Positions 1-13,879 of a DNA stretch of 64,000 nucleotides are shown here, piece by piece; within the stretch, counting starts at the first letter, position 1; each line of letters starts with the position of its first letter. The stretch spans positions 126,108,001 through 126,172,000 of the forward strand of contig NC_091472.1 of NCBI RefSeq assembly GCF_036971445.1. Direction: 5' to 3'. Source of the stretch: Narcine bancroftii (lineage: Eukaryota). Both the position numbers and the translations under genes were made by a program. A model generated the notes under the pieces. The model was not told the origin of the DNA. It saw only the letters and a list, made by a program, of their open reading frames with translations, and made no database searches.

Positions 1-1183
1 GAAATGTTCAATTTGCAGTGATTCCCTTCCAAAACCATGAATTTTACAATTGAGGACAGGCAGTTTAAAAATGGCTTATTGTAAATGTGACATTCTTGTT
101 GAATGTTAGCCTCAGCATGTCGGAGTATTGCTATCGTTCAGTCTTGTTCTAAAATTCTTTCTTTGGGTGGAGACAAATTAGCAGCCAAGAAAAGACGGTG
201 CTGACCCTGCAGCCATAGCTTCTGACTTGCTCTGCTTACAAATAGAGAATTCTCTCCTGAGATGCCACTTAGTGCATTGTCCTTCCATTTTTTTCTGTCT
301 TCCTGTTCCTTGGATCTTGCCTCTTCCTGTGTGATATAAAAAGCTGCAGCCTCCACTCAAACTGCTGGCAGCAAGTTTTACCATATATGGTCATCTAGCT
401 CCAAGTCTGAAGCGTCCAGAAAAATGTTCTGTGTTTCTTTTTGATTGGATAGTCAGGACAAGGACTTGAGCTGATTCGAGGCAGGGTGCATTGCAAAGGA
501 AAAAAATCATCAATAAACAATGTTAATTCTGTCAATGCAGCAATGAATTTCGCAGCAGAACCTTCTTTGTCTTTCGTTGGTTAAAATGCCACACAAACGT
601 GCACATTTTCAAATCTGTTTTTGTTTATTAAACTCTTCCCCATTGTTGAGAATGTAAGTTTTGGTGTGCCCTTAATCCATTGTTTAATTTATGCAATAGC
701 TTACATAAACAGATAACGCAATGCTTAAGTGTACTCGGAGAGAATGGGTTTGAAGCACTTATGCATCCAAAAATTGGCTAACTTGGTTCTGGTATTTTAG
801 CCCACAATTTTAATATAATTTTAATATTGGAGGGCTCAAATATGTCAAATGTTTAATGATTATAAATAAATGATTTTGAAGTCTTTCCTTCTCTTTTCTA
901 CCCACCCCCCCCCCCCCCTACCCAACCACATCCCACCTAAATTTCTTATGCTTCAGATGTATGCTGTTAAATTTTCAAATGAAATAACTGGGTTTGTTCC
1001 ATTGTCCCTCAGGGCTGTACCTGAAAGCTGATCATTCTCTTGAGTGTCTTTTTTTTTCTATTTGTAGTGAGGTGAAGCAGTGCTTTTTTAAAAAAAAACC
1101 CTGCATCTCAATTTGGACAGAAGACATTTATAGGTGTGAGGACTGCTGTGCAAAGAATTCAGACACAAAGTTTGCAGAGTATA

Positions 1184-1332
1184 NNNNNNNNNNNNNNNNN
1201 NNNNNNNNNNNNNNNNNNNNNNNNNNNNNNNNNNNNNNNNNNNNNNNNNNNNNNNNNNNNNNNNNNNNNNNNNNNNNNNNNNNNNNNNNNNNNNNNNNNN
1301 NNNNNNNNNNNNNNNNNNNNNNNNNNNNNNNN
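1184..1332. other. Assembly gap (149 N)
   Basis: Run of N seen directly. Confidence 0.99.
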
Positions 1333-1669
1333 CCATGTGCCCTACTGACTTCCAAAGGGTGGGATGGGAGGGGGGAGAGTTGGCTTGAGTCTATATATGG
1401 GTTGGTGATTGACAGTGGGCAGGTGGGGCCAGTCTCCCAGGTTGCCTATCTGCAGGTACAGTGGTTGCCCCCTGCAGTTGCCTGGTTCAGCCAGTGTAGT
1501 GGTTGCATCACCACAGCAGCCACAGAACCTTTTTGTTGCACTTCACAGAAAATTCACTGGGGAAAAAAAAGTTTTGTACAATTCCAGCAGCCCGTGTTTA
1601 ATCATTACTCAGATTCTTTCTTGCAAATTGCTGATGCTACCTGCGACTACAAAGCAAATGATGCAGTTA

Positions 1670-1770
1670 AACGTGATCAAGGGTCCAGGCTTGGCATGTT
1701 GGTTACCCTTTACTTTCTATAGATGCTGTGTGACCTGCTGAGTTTTTCCAGCACACTTGTGCATTGCAAG
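1670..1770 (+). mobile_element. Degenerate Penelope-terminus-derived short element
   Basis: gatgctgtgtgacctgctgagtttttccagca motif, shared with copies near 16449, 22110 and 24380; the 22110 copy follows a GIY-YIG fragment. Confidence 0.5.
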
Positions 1771-2684
1771 CAGATGATGACCATTATCTGAAAAAGAGAG
1801 TAGATATTGTGCTTCAGATGGGTCTCTCATTGAGCTCAAACCTTTCACATTACGGGCATGAATTGCTTGGTTAATCAGGAAACTGGAGCCTTTTTATGCT
1901 TGCATATTAAACTCCACAAAACAAAATGAATTAAAATTGATGCTTTTTAAGAGGGCCATAACCTGATTGTTTACAATTTGTATACTTAAAGGAATTAATA
2001 AAAATCCTTTGAATAAAATAATTGTCAGCATGGATGTATGAAAGGAAATTGTATTTGCTTCTAGTTCTTTGAGGATGGGATCAATAGTGTAGCTGTGCTG
2101 ATCTTTGGCTGCTGTTGCTAGGCATCCCACAAGCAGCCAGATGGGTGCAACTGCTGCATGGGAGTGAATCATCAGCCAGAAAGAATACTATCTCCCATTG
2201 TATTTGCACCTGCCAGGCATCCAATGCCTTTAAATGAACTTCATTGACAGCAGGTTGATTTTCAGGGATTTTGAGAAAACACTGCAGATTTTGTAAATAT
2301 TTAATTGGTTCTTTGGCTATTAGTCATGACTGCTTTTTGTTGGTGTCTGAAGAATTTCCTTTGAACCTTCAGAAATGAGCCATTGAAATCTTCCACCTGA
2401 CTCGTTAGTTCATCACCAATGCACTCATGGCATTCTTTGACAATGGATCAAACTTCATGGAAGATGGCAGGCCAGCATCTCATTGGAACATTCCAGCCTG
2501 GGAGCTACAAGGCTGAGAATTTCAGCAATTGATAGCTATGGTAGGACATTGGACACTGAGAAGTGAATCGGCTCAAATGTCAGAAAAGGATGTGTACAAT
2601 CTAATGTATGAGTTTCTGTGAATGCCTGCTCTGAGCAAGTCTCAGCTAAACCTTTGTTTTATTTTGGATTTTCACATTTTAAAT

Positions 2685-2860
2685 TTAAATTTAGACATAA
2701 AGCACAGTAACAGTCCATTCTGGCCCATAAACCCATACTGCCCAAATACACCCAATTGATCTACACCCCCAGTACAATTTGAAAGGTGGGAGGAAATGCG
2801 ATCATTCCTCAGAGGCTGATCGAGAAGCTGTCCTCGCTGGGACTCAACACCCATCTCTTA
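2685..2860 (-). mobile_element. V-SINE-type SINE, 3' fragment
   Basis: Reverse complement resembles the 3' half of the copies at 8225 and 53440 (ttggtgtatttgggcag...gggccagaatgg...tgtgctttatgtctaaatttaaa). Confidence 0.6.
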
Positions 2861-3249
2861 TAATAATGTTCTCTTGTGAAATGTTTTTGGGATCTTTGAG
2901 CGTTTTCTGAAATAATCCAATCTAATGTATAATTATATTCATTATGTATTTTAGTAATTTAGATGTGGTTTTATTTTTAAGAGGGGGGTAGTTGGGGTTG
3001 GGAGGGAGGGTTTAGGTGGGGTTTTTTGTATTTTTTTCCTAATAAAAATCAACATATATTTAATTTTTATAATAATGTGATATATGGTCTTTGTTGTTTG
3101 TTATAAAACTTTCCACAAAAAAAAACACCCTTTCTCTAACTGGATTCTGGAATTCTGAAAGAAAAGACCACAGTCTGTCTGGGTTGGAAGCAGAATGTCG
3201 AACATGAATGGGGTGGGGTGAGCACTGGTGGACCTCAGAGCTATGTGAT

Positions 3250-4310
3250 CAGCCTGCCCCCCTTCACGTGACTGACCCATGACTGTATTACCATATCCAG
3301 CTCCAACAATGTCATCAAGTTTTCAGATGACACAGCAGTTGGACTCGTCAGCTACAGAGAAGAGGTGGAAAATCTTATGAAATGGTGCAAGAGTCTCAAC
3401 AGTGAATAAGACTAAGGTGATGATCAAGGACTTCAGGAGGACCAGGAGCAACAGCCCTCCATGACACATCAACAACTCTAGTAGAGAGTGGAAAGCACCA
3501 GGTTCCTTGGAGTTGAATTAACTGGTGACCTATTGTAGAGACGCATCTCTCACTTGTCAGGAAGGTGCAATGGTGACTGCACTTTCTGAGAAGACAGGAA
3601 AGGCTTCCGGGCACCATTACATCAACTTTCTGTATGAGCTCTAAAGAGATCTAGCTGGCTACATCACAGTGCTGTAGAAAAGAAATGGATCAGAGGTCAA
3701 TCCATAGGACGATTAAGAGTTGCAAGAAGGATCACTGGAGTCTCCCTCCCCACAAATCCCCAGTTGATGTAATCTACAGGGATCATTGAAGAGTATGTAC
3801 ATAATCGTTGAGGACCCCTTCCAATCTTTCAGTTGCTCCCATTGGGGAAAGAGATGCAGAAGTGTCAGAGCCAGTACCACCAGGCTGAGAAACAACTTCT
3901 TCCCACGGGCAGGGAGACTGCTGAATGACTGAACTGCTCACACAATCTGAGACTACTATTTATTTAACAATAATTATTTATTTTGACGTATAAGCATATT
4001 GTACATATTGCAGATGTATTGAATGTATGCACATGTGTTATGTCTGCATGTATCTTGGCATGTTTTTGCATTGAGGACCAAAGAACACTTCTCACAGGCA
4101 GTTAAAATGCTGAACCACCAAAAGATCTGCTCACGTTGACCATCTGAGACTCTCGTATTCATGAAACTATTTACTTTTATGGATGAAACATTTGACCTGC
4201 ATATTTATTATTTGTCTGCGTGTTATGTGTGGGTATTTTGCACCGAGGACCAGAGAACACTGTTTCATTGGGTTGTACTTGTACAATCAGATGATAATAA
4301 ACTTAAATTG
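3250..4310 (+). mobile_element. Rex1/Babar-like LINE, 3' part, decayed
   Basis: Translates ...HDC...SSNNVIKFSDDTAV (RT FADD-like motif). Downstream sequence is homologous to 20350-21070 and to 39940-40630 (-). Confidence 0.7.
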
Positions 4311-4425
4311 AAACCTGCACAGACACGGGGAGAACGTGCAAACCCCTCGCAGACAGCATGGGATTCAAACCCCGGTTGCTGGTGCTATAACAGTGTTGTC
4401 CTGACCACTGTGCTAACTGTGCTAC
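4311..4425 (-). mobile_element. V-SINE fragment
   Basis: Reverse complement contains gggtttgaatccc...gtttgcacgttctccccgtgtctg (tRNA B-box plus V domain). Confidence 0.6.
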
Positions 4426-5769
4426 TCCTTTTTTGCAATTTATTTAACCTTCCCCATTCCTTGCACATTCCCAACCCCTTTTCTACTCTTGGCTCTCTGC
4501 ATTGCATAATTGGACACCACAGCACCTCTCCTGGATAATGTTTGAAGTAATTGGTTTGGTGACATCTGCAAGCAACATGCACTGTAGTTTTGAATTAGTA
4601 TGTTTTATCCCGTTTGAAGAGTTCTCTAATGGATTGTGCCTGTGGAAGGAGCCACAGAATTATTTGGTCCAAGTGACCATCAAAATGTAGCCCCTGCCAT
4701 GTTATCATTTGGGAGTCTAATCTCTCTTGAGAACAGTGTCTTGGAATTAAACTATTTGCGGAGGGAGAGTTGACGTCTTGCCACTTGTTGCTAAAGAACT
4801 GTTTGATTCTGTAATGGTAAGAGAATGATGAAGACAGCTGAGTGATTGGAGTAATGGTCATTTGTTATGGTAATGATCAGAGATGACCAGTCACCCACGC
4901 TTTTGTATCCAAATTATGCCTGTTGTTTGGCTGGTTGACTATCTGATGCTGGTTGTTGGAGAGTGAAATAGGCCAAGGTGTTTGTTACATGCAGTAAATG
5001 ATTCTGACCGTGGCTCATTTTTCTGACCCATTGTTCGCAACTCGAGCCCTGAAATGATGACTTCCTCAATATCAAGCATTAGGACATTCCAGACTGTGAT
5101 ATTAAATGATCATCTGCAACAAATAGAAGACAGGATTTTATTTTGATAAGTTTATTGTCTGACAAATTGTACAATGAAATTCTTGCTGCAGCCAAGACAG
5201 ACCATTTAAAAAAGCTAAAATTGCATTAAAATATATACCTAATAAATATAATAGCTAATAAATATTCAGTCATTTTAGTGTAAGAAATTAAAGGAGCATA
5301 ACAATAGTGCAGACAGAGCTTCTGTGGTGTCAGATCAGTCCATGATTACTACAACAAGAAGAGGTTAAAGGGTAGAGAGCAACCTGAAAGAAACGACTGT
5401 ATTCTTAAACCGAGAGGTGCTGATCTTCAGAATTCTGCTTGTTCTCCAAATGAAAAAATGCAGATATGAAAGTTGGTGTCAACACTTGTAATGGGGTACA
5501 GGGTAAAGGATTTTTTTGCTGGTACAAAAGAATGTGCAGTGTATACATGGTTATTGCTTATCACGGCAGAAGTAGTCTACAGCTCTATCAGCTATGCTTT
5601 AACAATGTTGCTTTCTCTGCATTTATCTGGACTCATTCCAAAAGTGCATGTCAGAGTTTGTGGAATATTCATTTGGCTATGCAAGCAGATGAAAGCCTGC
5701 TGGGTTTGCAATGTCCTAAAGCTGGTCTCATGCTTTAACTTTTAAAGAGAATAGATCTGAGAGTCTATG

Positions 5770-8030
5770 AAGAGTGTGTTTGGGAAAGTTTTCTAGAGAT
5801 ATCAATTTGAGAGATTGCAATACTGGATCTCCTTTTAGAGACTGAAACAGAACAGGTCTGTGTCTGGGAACATATTGGGTCCCATTATAATAATGCCATT
5901 AGTTTCAAGTTAATTGTGGAGAAGAATAGATCTGGGCCTCCGGTTGAGATTTAAATTGGAGAAAAGCTAATTTTGAGGAAATGAGAAAGGATCTAGAATG
6001 TGTGGATTGGGTTAAGTTGTTTTCGGGCAAGGATGTGCGAGGTAAATGGAGGACCTTCAAAACTGAAATTCTGGGAGTACAGAATTTGTATGTTCCTGTC
6101 AGGATTAAAGACAAGGTTAGCAGGCATAGGGAACCTTGGTTTTCAAGGGGTATTGGGGATCTAGTTTGGAAGAAGAGGTGTATAGCAGGTGTAAGCATCA
6201 TGGAACATATGAAATACTTGAAGAGTATTAAAAAGTGATGGAGAAACCTCAAAAGAACTTAGGAAAGTGTTTTTTTTTCAAAAAAGAGATTGCTTTGGCA
6301 GACTAAGTGAAGGAAAATTGTAAGAGTTTTGATAAGAGCAAAAGAATAATAAGGGACAAAATTGAAGATCAGAGTAGTTGACTTTGTATGGAGCCAAAAG
6401 AGATTGGAGAGGTCTTGAATGTTTTTTTTAATCAGTATTCACTCAGGAAACAGGCACAGAGTCATGGGAAGTAAGGAAAACCAGCAGTAAGGTCATGGAT
6501 GGAACCTATACAGATTAAAGAGGAGAAAATGATTGGTGTTTTAAAGCAAATAAGGGTGGATAAATCCCCAGAGCCTGACAAGATATTCCCTCCTTGAGGA
6601 AGACTAGTGTAGAAATTGCAGGGGCTCTGGCAAAAATATTTAAAATATTTAGCCACAGCAGTGGTGCCAGAGGATAAGAGGTTCATGTGGTTCCTTTGTT
6701 AAGAAAAGGCTCCAAAAGTAGCACTGGAAATTATAGGCCAGTGACCCTGATGTCAATAGTAGGTAAATTATTGGAAGGTATTCTAAGAGATCGGATATAC
6801 AAAAACTGATTAGGGTTAGTTAACGTGGCTTTGTGTGTGGTAGATCGTATTAATCAATCTTAGTGAGTTTTTTGAAGAGGTTACCAGGAAAGTAGACAAA
6901 AGAAAAGCTGTGGATGGTGTCTCCGTGGACTTTAGTAAGACCTTTGACGAGGTCCCGTGTGGGAGGTTGGTCAGGAAGGTTCAGATGCTAGGTGTTCATA
7001 GTGAAGTAGTGAACTGGATTCGACAATGCTGGACAGGAGAAGCCAGGAAGTAGTGGTAGATGATTGCTTCTCAGACTGGAGGCCTGTGATTAGGGGTGTG
7101 CCTCAGGAATTGGTGCTGGCACCATTGTTGTTTGTCATCTATATCAATGATGATAATGTGGTAAATTGGATCAGCAGGGTGGAGATGTTGTGGACAAAGA
7201 AAAAGGTTTTCAAAGTTCGCAAAAGGATCTGAAGCAGCTGGAAAAATGGGCTGAAAATGGCAGATGGAGTTGAATGCAGACAAATGTGAGGTGTTGCTAT
7301 TTGGAAGAACAAACCAAGAAAAGACATACATGGTAAATGGTAGGGCACTGAGGAGGGCAGTAGAACAGAGGGATCTTGGAATATAAATAAATAATTCCCT
7401 GGAAATGACATCACAGGTGGATAAGATTGTAAAGAGAGCTTTTGGCACATTGGTATTCATAAATCAAAGAATGGAGTTTGAGTTGTGACGTTATGTTAAA
7501 GTTGTATAAAAACTGATGAGGCAAAATTTAGAGTACTGTGTGCAGTTTTGGTCATCTAACTATAGGAAAGATATCAATAAGATGGTTCCTGAAGTCTGGG
7601 CAACATCCCAGCAAATTTTCTTTGTGCTCTTTGAGTTAAAGGGAAAGGTTAAACAGGTTAGGTCTTATTCCCAGGAGTGTAGAAGAATGAGGGGAGATTT
7701 GATGGTGGTATTTAAAATTATGAGGGGGATAGACAGTAAATGTAGATATGCTTTTTCTACTGAAGGTAGGTGAGATAAAAACCAGAGCACATTGGTTTAG
7801 AGTGAAGGGAGAAAAGTTTTGGGGGAACATGAGGGGGGAGCTTCTTCACACAGAGAGTGGTGGGAGTGTGGAATGAGCTGCCAGCTGAGGTGGTGAATTT
7901 TAACATTTAAGAAGAATTTGGACAGGTACATAGGTGGGAGAGGTTTGGAGGACTATGGACTGGGTGCAGGTTAGTGGGACTAGGCTAGAAGGACTGAAGG
8001 GGCTTATTTTTGTGCTGTAATGTTCTATGG
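5770..8030 (+). mobile_element. CR1 LINE ORF2 (RT) and 3' UTR, decayed
   Basis: NYRPVTL, DFSKTFD, GVPQELVLAPLLFVIYIND, LEYCVQFWS and RRMRGDL motifs, with many stops and frameshifts. Confidence 0.9.
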
Positions 8031-8224
8031 TTCTTGTTGACAAGCTTGGCTCTTCTTCTTCGTCATATAAATGCTAACCAAACCAGATGGAAATGTAGCT
8101 CTCTCATCCTCCAAACCTGCTAAGAGTGACCAGATAATAGACCTGCAATATTTAGTTGATTGATAATTATTGGCTAGAATAACAGCATTCTGTTTTTCTG
8201 ATAAGATGAGCAAAGGTTCCACTT

Positions 8225-8470
8225 AGGGTGGCACGGTCAGAATCGCTAAATGCAATGCTTTTACAATGCCAGTGACAAGGACCGGGATTTGAATCCTGCA
8301 CTCTTTGTAAGGAGTTTGTACATTCTCCCCATGCCCATTGGGATTTCCTCCAGGTGCTCAGGCTTCCTCCCTCAGTTCAAAAACGTACTGGGGTTGTTGG
8401 TCAATTAGGTGTAATTGTTCAGCGCGGGCTGAAAAGGCCTGATACCATGCTGTATGTTTAAATTAATCAC
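8225..8470 (+). mobile_element. tRNA-derived V-SINE
   Basis: gggtggcacggt head, ggatttgaatcc B-box, V domain gtaaggagtttgtacattctcccc...ggatttcctccaggtgctc. Confidence 0.8.
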
Positions 8471-10684
8471 TCAATTAGAAGACTATTCCTTCAGGCAATG
8501 TAATGTGAAACTTGAACAAGAATTTTTCTAATGTGTGAATGGGATTTCATAGCCTTGTTCTGCATACTGTGAGATGTGTAATTCTTTTCTAATAACCACC
8601 ATAAAATATACTTCCTCTTCTGATGTCTTTCAGCTTAGCTTGAACAGTTTTTTTTTGCATGTCATGGCACTGAAAGTTTTGGGGGTTTTTTTTTGCTTAA
8701 ATGGCAGATAAAATCCAAGTTGTTACAAAAAAATTGTTTTTTTTATCAGTCTAAAGCTAAAGATTGCTGCAGGTCTATTAGCTCAATTGAATTGCTTTTC
8801 ATTTATTCAGGTACATATAAAAGTATGCCATTTCCAAACACTAAACAAAGGGAGCCATGTTTCTCTTCCTCTGTTGTCTAAAAATACTTTTTGAGATATG
8901 GATGCTTAAAACAATAATAAAACTTCTGGACTCCATGTCCCAGTTTTCAAGGACTACTAACAAGCAATTATACTCTGTGCACCTGTTTTCCGGGACTGGT
9001 TTTATACCTGTGACACATCACCAGTGGCAATTGAGATATGCATAAACAAATGGTTTAAACATAAAAGTTTAACTAAAAATTTATTCACATTTGTCAATAA
9101 TACAATTAACTCAATAAACCACTAACAACAGATATTCATCATGTGTATGTGGAGAGGAAAAAAACCCAGACCATTACAGTCCAAGCCCAAAATAAAACTC
9201 CAGAAACAAAATCTCAAGCCATTCAGTCAAAAGAAGAGTCCACAGAATCTGCTCTCCAGGCATTGATTTCTTAGTTTCGTTACGCATGGGTCTTTTAGTT
9301 GGATGTGGAGAGAGATGACGGTTATCACTGCAGACTTACAACCTGGGCAGGGGAATACGAGAGACTTTGTGGAATTTTCTAATGTGGTAATGGCCACCTT
9401 TTAATTTCTTTACAAAAGGAATTTTCACACAGTGACCTCCTTCAATTCTGGTTGCAAGAATTTCAACCTGATTTTAGTTCACCAGATTTTACAGGGCATT
9501 GTAACTGAACTTGAAATGGTCAAAATGGAATTTAATCTCAAAATTAAGTGGGGAGATAACTCCAGTTTTGCTCCTGAATCATGACATCAGTGTTCCCAAA
9601 AAATATATTGTTGCATTGTATTTCATTTCCCAGTTAATGTGATCCTTTAAATGGTGTCATGCAAACTCCTCCTTTCATACATCTTTACTGATTTTTTTTT
9701 GTTTGTTTTTTTTTCTGCATTTCTGTGGCAAATTGGCCAACGTGGTGAAATATTATTTGTTGATGATGATTAAACTTGTGGCTCAATCCAATAGGTGTTT
9801 TGAAAATCATCTTGGATTGAGCAGTTTGAATGTGGGCAGTGGTTCATGTGAAGCAAGCACCTTGGAGAGCTGACCAAATTTGACCATTCTAAAATAAATG
9901 GTACAATTGATAGCATTCCTGATACTCAAATCCCACTTAAGAGACACAAGCATGTTAACTTTCCAACGTAGTACTGAGGGCGTTCCGTGTGGTGGTCCTT
10001 CAAATTAAATGTGGAGCAGTGGCTCTCTTTGCAGACATGTGGATGTCAAACATAAAATTGGAATATTTCAAATAAGGCCAAATTTGTTACCTCCTGTTCT
10101 GCCCAAAACTTACCTTTCTAAATATCGATTGTCACATTTCTTACAAAAATGGTTCCTCTTTGGAAATATTTCTTTAGGTGAAGAAAGAAAACCCATCAAC
10201 TTTATCAGTTTTTAAATTCTCAAATCATGTTTGTTAATTAAATTTTAAATGGATTTTCACAGCTTGAATGCCATTATCAATCACATTGTGATTAATTTAA
10301 TTTATTTAACCCCTAGATCAGTGGAATAGTTGGACATCTATAACACTGACTAACATGGAGTCGTGAGCTTCCTGCCTGTTAATAATTGGCAGGGTTCTGT
10401 AACCAGAGGAACTTGTGAAAATAAAGCAGTTGGACATTGACAATGAACTTGTATGCAGAGATGTCAACATGCTGATGACTGCATGAGTTTCACTTCAGCA
10501 AAGTGCTCCCTTGATGATCACTTAAATAATTTCTGAATTTGTAATGTCCATGGGCACTCAGATCAAAATTAATGCACATGTTGTGATGGACTTCATTTCT
10601 CCCATCTCAATTCCAAATTAATTTGGATTTGGTGTCTTAAAACGAATTTATCCTGAAGAATTGAAACAGGATTTCCAATCCAAA

Positions 10685-11002
10685 ATGTGTCTGCTCCATG
10701 TTGGGTTACTAAGTATCTACCCCTTAAATGCTGTAAATGGAGCTGACTTATTTTTGCTGTGATCATATTCAAAAGTAGGGGTTGGTTCTGGTTAGGTGGA
10801 GAGGACAAGCTGAATCAAAAGTTTATATAATCTGGGAGTTTGACATGTGTCTGCTCCATGTTGGGTTACTAAGTATCTGCCCCTTAAATGCTGTAAATGG
10901 AGCTGACTTATTTTTGCTGTGATCATATTCAAAAGTAGGGGTTGGTTCTGGTTATGTGGAGAGGACAAGCTGAATCAAAAGTTTGTAATCTGGGAGTTTG
11001 AC
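10685..11002. repeat. Tandem duplication, 2 x ~160 bp
   Basis: 10685-10844 and 10845-11002 differ by about 3 substitutions and a 2-bp indel. Confidence 0.95.
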
Positions 11003-11236
11003 ATCCACTGTAGGATGTGTGAAGCATAGAGGAACATGGAAGTTTGAGGGAAGGGCATAAATGAAAAGGGCATAAATGAAATCAAAATGTAACTTGTTCA
11101 TGAGGCTACTTAATTTCCTGATGTTCCCAAAGTATAAAAGGATTAATTGTTTGAGAACCTGTGCAGTTTCCTGTTTCTCAGGTATTCTCAAGAGATCATT
11201 TGACAAGCATACTTCTGAATTAGAAATACTGATACT

Positions 11237-11741
11237 TTCTTTTTCAATCTTTTTATTATTATTATAATTTATAAACACATACAGTTCAAAGAGATATAAA
11301 AAATACATAGTAAGTAATGAATTAATACAGAGATATTAAACAATAATATTACAGAATAAAAATATATCATAAAAAAAAATTTTAGATCAGTTTAGGGTGT
11401 GAACTATCTCTAAAAAAAAAGATAATTAATAACAATATATGAAAAAAGAGAAAAAAAAACCCCAAAAAAGAAGAAAAAACAAATCTGAATTAAAAAAACT
11501 TAAAAAAAAACCTACAGATATAGCTAAACCACGCCGATCACTCCGATCTCATCTTACAGCCCAATTATCATACATAATCATAGAAAGAAAACAGAGCCAG
11601 ATCAACTCACCACAAATGAAAATATTGAATAAATGATCGCCAGGTTAACTCAAACTTAGAAGGGGATTCATAGACAGAGTTTCTAATTTTCTCTAAATTT
11701 AAACATAGTATAGTTTGGGTAAACCATTGGAAAACAGTGGG
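11237..11741 (-). mobile_element. 5'-truncated L1-type LINE 3' end with 15-bp TSD
   Basis: Direct repeat agaaatactgatact at 11222-11236 and 11742-11756; T-rich tail on the left; the minus strand encodes a PTVFQWFTQTILCLNLEKIR-type L1 ORF2 C-terminus. Confidence 0.85.
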
Positions 11742-11888
11742 AGAAATACTGATACTGGCACTTGCTGAGCTACTAGCACAAACACAGGCACAACTACTAA
11801 ATCTCTGTGATGAATCCTAAATATAAAATGCACGCAGAGTAAATGAGTTGAGATAACAAATGATAAGGTGATTGGTGTGAGAATTTAG

Positions 11889-12155
<267 letters not shown>

Positions 12156-12789
12156 TGATAGCCAGAGAAAAATATGCAATTACTTTAAACCTTCCTCTAG
12201 TTATTATATTTAATGCTTTCAAGAGATTATTACATTTTTATGCAAGGTGACTCCAATTTTTTTCCCCTGATTCATAATAGTTGAAGAAATGATCTTTGTG
12301 AAAGCTTTATTCTCCTAATGTATAATTTATTGATGACCTGAATAATAATATGCTCCTATCACAGCTATTAAAGAAAAACTTGAAGGTTTGAAGGAAGATG
12401 GTTGCATTATTGAACAATGAAGTGTAAGCATAGGAATTTTGAGGTTCAGTGGAGGAAGTAGGAAAAAATGTTAAGAAGGGAAACTAGCAAGTAACAAAAG
12501 GAGGTTCTTAAAAACCTGTGGGAACTAGAAGAATATAGAAAGGAAGTGATTAATAAAAATGAAAACACACACGAGTCTATAGAGGCTGAAATCTGGTGAA
12601 ACACAATCTGCTGAAGGAAATCTGGATCAAGCAGGATCAGTGAAAGAACAAGAAAGAGTGCTGTTTTGAGCCAAACCTGTAAGAGTTGGGATGAATTATG
12701 GAGAATTGGGTAATGGAAGAAATTTTAAACATTTCTGGAAATAGTTGGGACTCAGAGTTGAGTATGAATGAGGATGGAAAAGAATTTCT

Positions 12790-13822
12790 TTCTTTTCTTC
12801 TTTCTTTGGCTTGGCTTCGCGGACAAAGATTTATGGAGGGGTATGTCCACGTCTGATGCAGGCTCGTTGGTGACTCACAAGTCCGATGTGGGACAGGCAG
12901 GCACGATTGCAGCGGTTGCAAGGGAAAATTGGTTGGTTGGGTTTGGGTGTTGGGTTTTTCCTCCTTTGTCTTTTGTCAGTGAGGTGGGCTCTGTGGTCTT
13001 CTTCAAAGGAGGTTGCTGCCCGCCAAACTGTGAGGTGCCAAGATGCACGGTTTGAGGCGATATCAGCCCACTGGTGGTGGTCAATGTGGCAGGCACCAAG
13101 AGATTTCTTTCAGCAGTCCTTGTACCTCTTCTTTGGTGCACCTCTGTCTCGGTGGCCAGTGGAGAGCTCGCCATAAAACACGATCTTGGGAAGGCGATGG
13201 TCCTCCATTCTGGAGACGTGACCCACCCAGCGCAGTTGGGTCTTCAGCAGCGTGGATTCGATGCTTGCGGATTCTGCCAGCTCAAGTACTTTGATGTTGG
13301 TGATGGTCATTCCAATGAATGTTGAGGATGGAGCGGAGACAGCGCTGATGGAAGCGTTCTAGGAGCCATAGGTGATGCTGGTAGAGGACCCATGATTCGG
13401 AGCCGAACAGGAGCATGGGTATGACAACGGCTCTGTACATGCTGATCTTTGTGTGTTTCTTCAGGTGATTGTTTTTCCAGACTCTTTTGTGTAGTCTTCC
13501 AAAGGCGCTATTTGCCTTGGCAAGTCTGTTGTCTATCTCTTTGTCGATCCTTGCATCAGATGAAATGGTGCAGCAGAGGTAGGTAAACTGGTTGACTGTT
13601 TTGAGTTCTGTGTGCCCGACGGAGATGTGGGAGGGCTGGTAGTCATGGTGGGGAGCTGGCTGATGGAGGACCTCAGTTTTCTTCAGGCTGACTTCCAGGC
13701 CAAACATTTTGGCAGTTTCCACAAAACAGGACGACATGCGCTGAAGAGCTGGCTCTGAATGGGCAACTAAAGAGGCATCGTCTGCAAAGAGCAGTTCACG
13801 GACAAGTTGCTCTTGTGTCTTT
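12790..13822 (-). mobile_element. RTE-clade LINE, 5'-truncated copy 1
   Basis: Minus strand encodes ELLFADD, FGLEVSLKKTEVL, YRAVVIP.LLFGSESW, QLRWVGHVSRMEDHRLPK; tail gaagccaagccaaag plus A/G-rich repeat. No clear TSD. Confidence 0.93.
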
Positions 13823-13879
13823 TAAGTACAACAAAATTGTACTTTATGTACCTTGAGAAAAATCTACTATTTACATTTT

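Noticed and set aside
138-384. Short minus-strand ORFs
   Set aside because: No recognisable domain or splice structure.
994-1722. 242-aa ORF and other ORFs spanning the N run
   Set aside because: Their length is an artefact of the assembly gap; no recognisable motifs or splice context.
8225-8300. tRNA genes at SINE heads (also 32558, 53440)
   Set aside because: Degenerate A/B boxes run straight into the V-SINE body; no cloverleaf.
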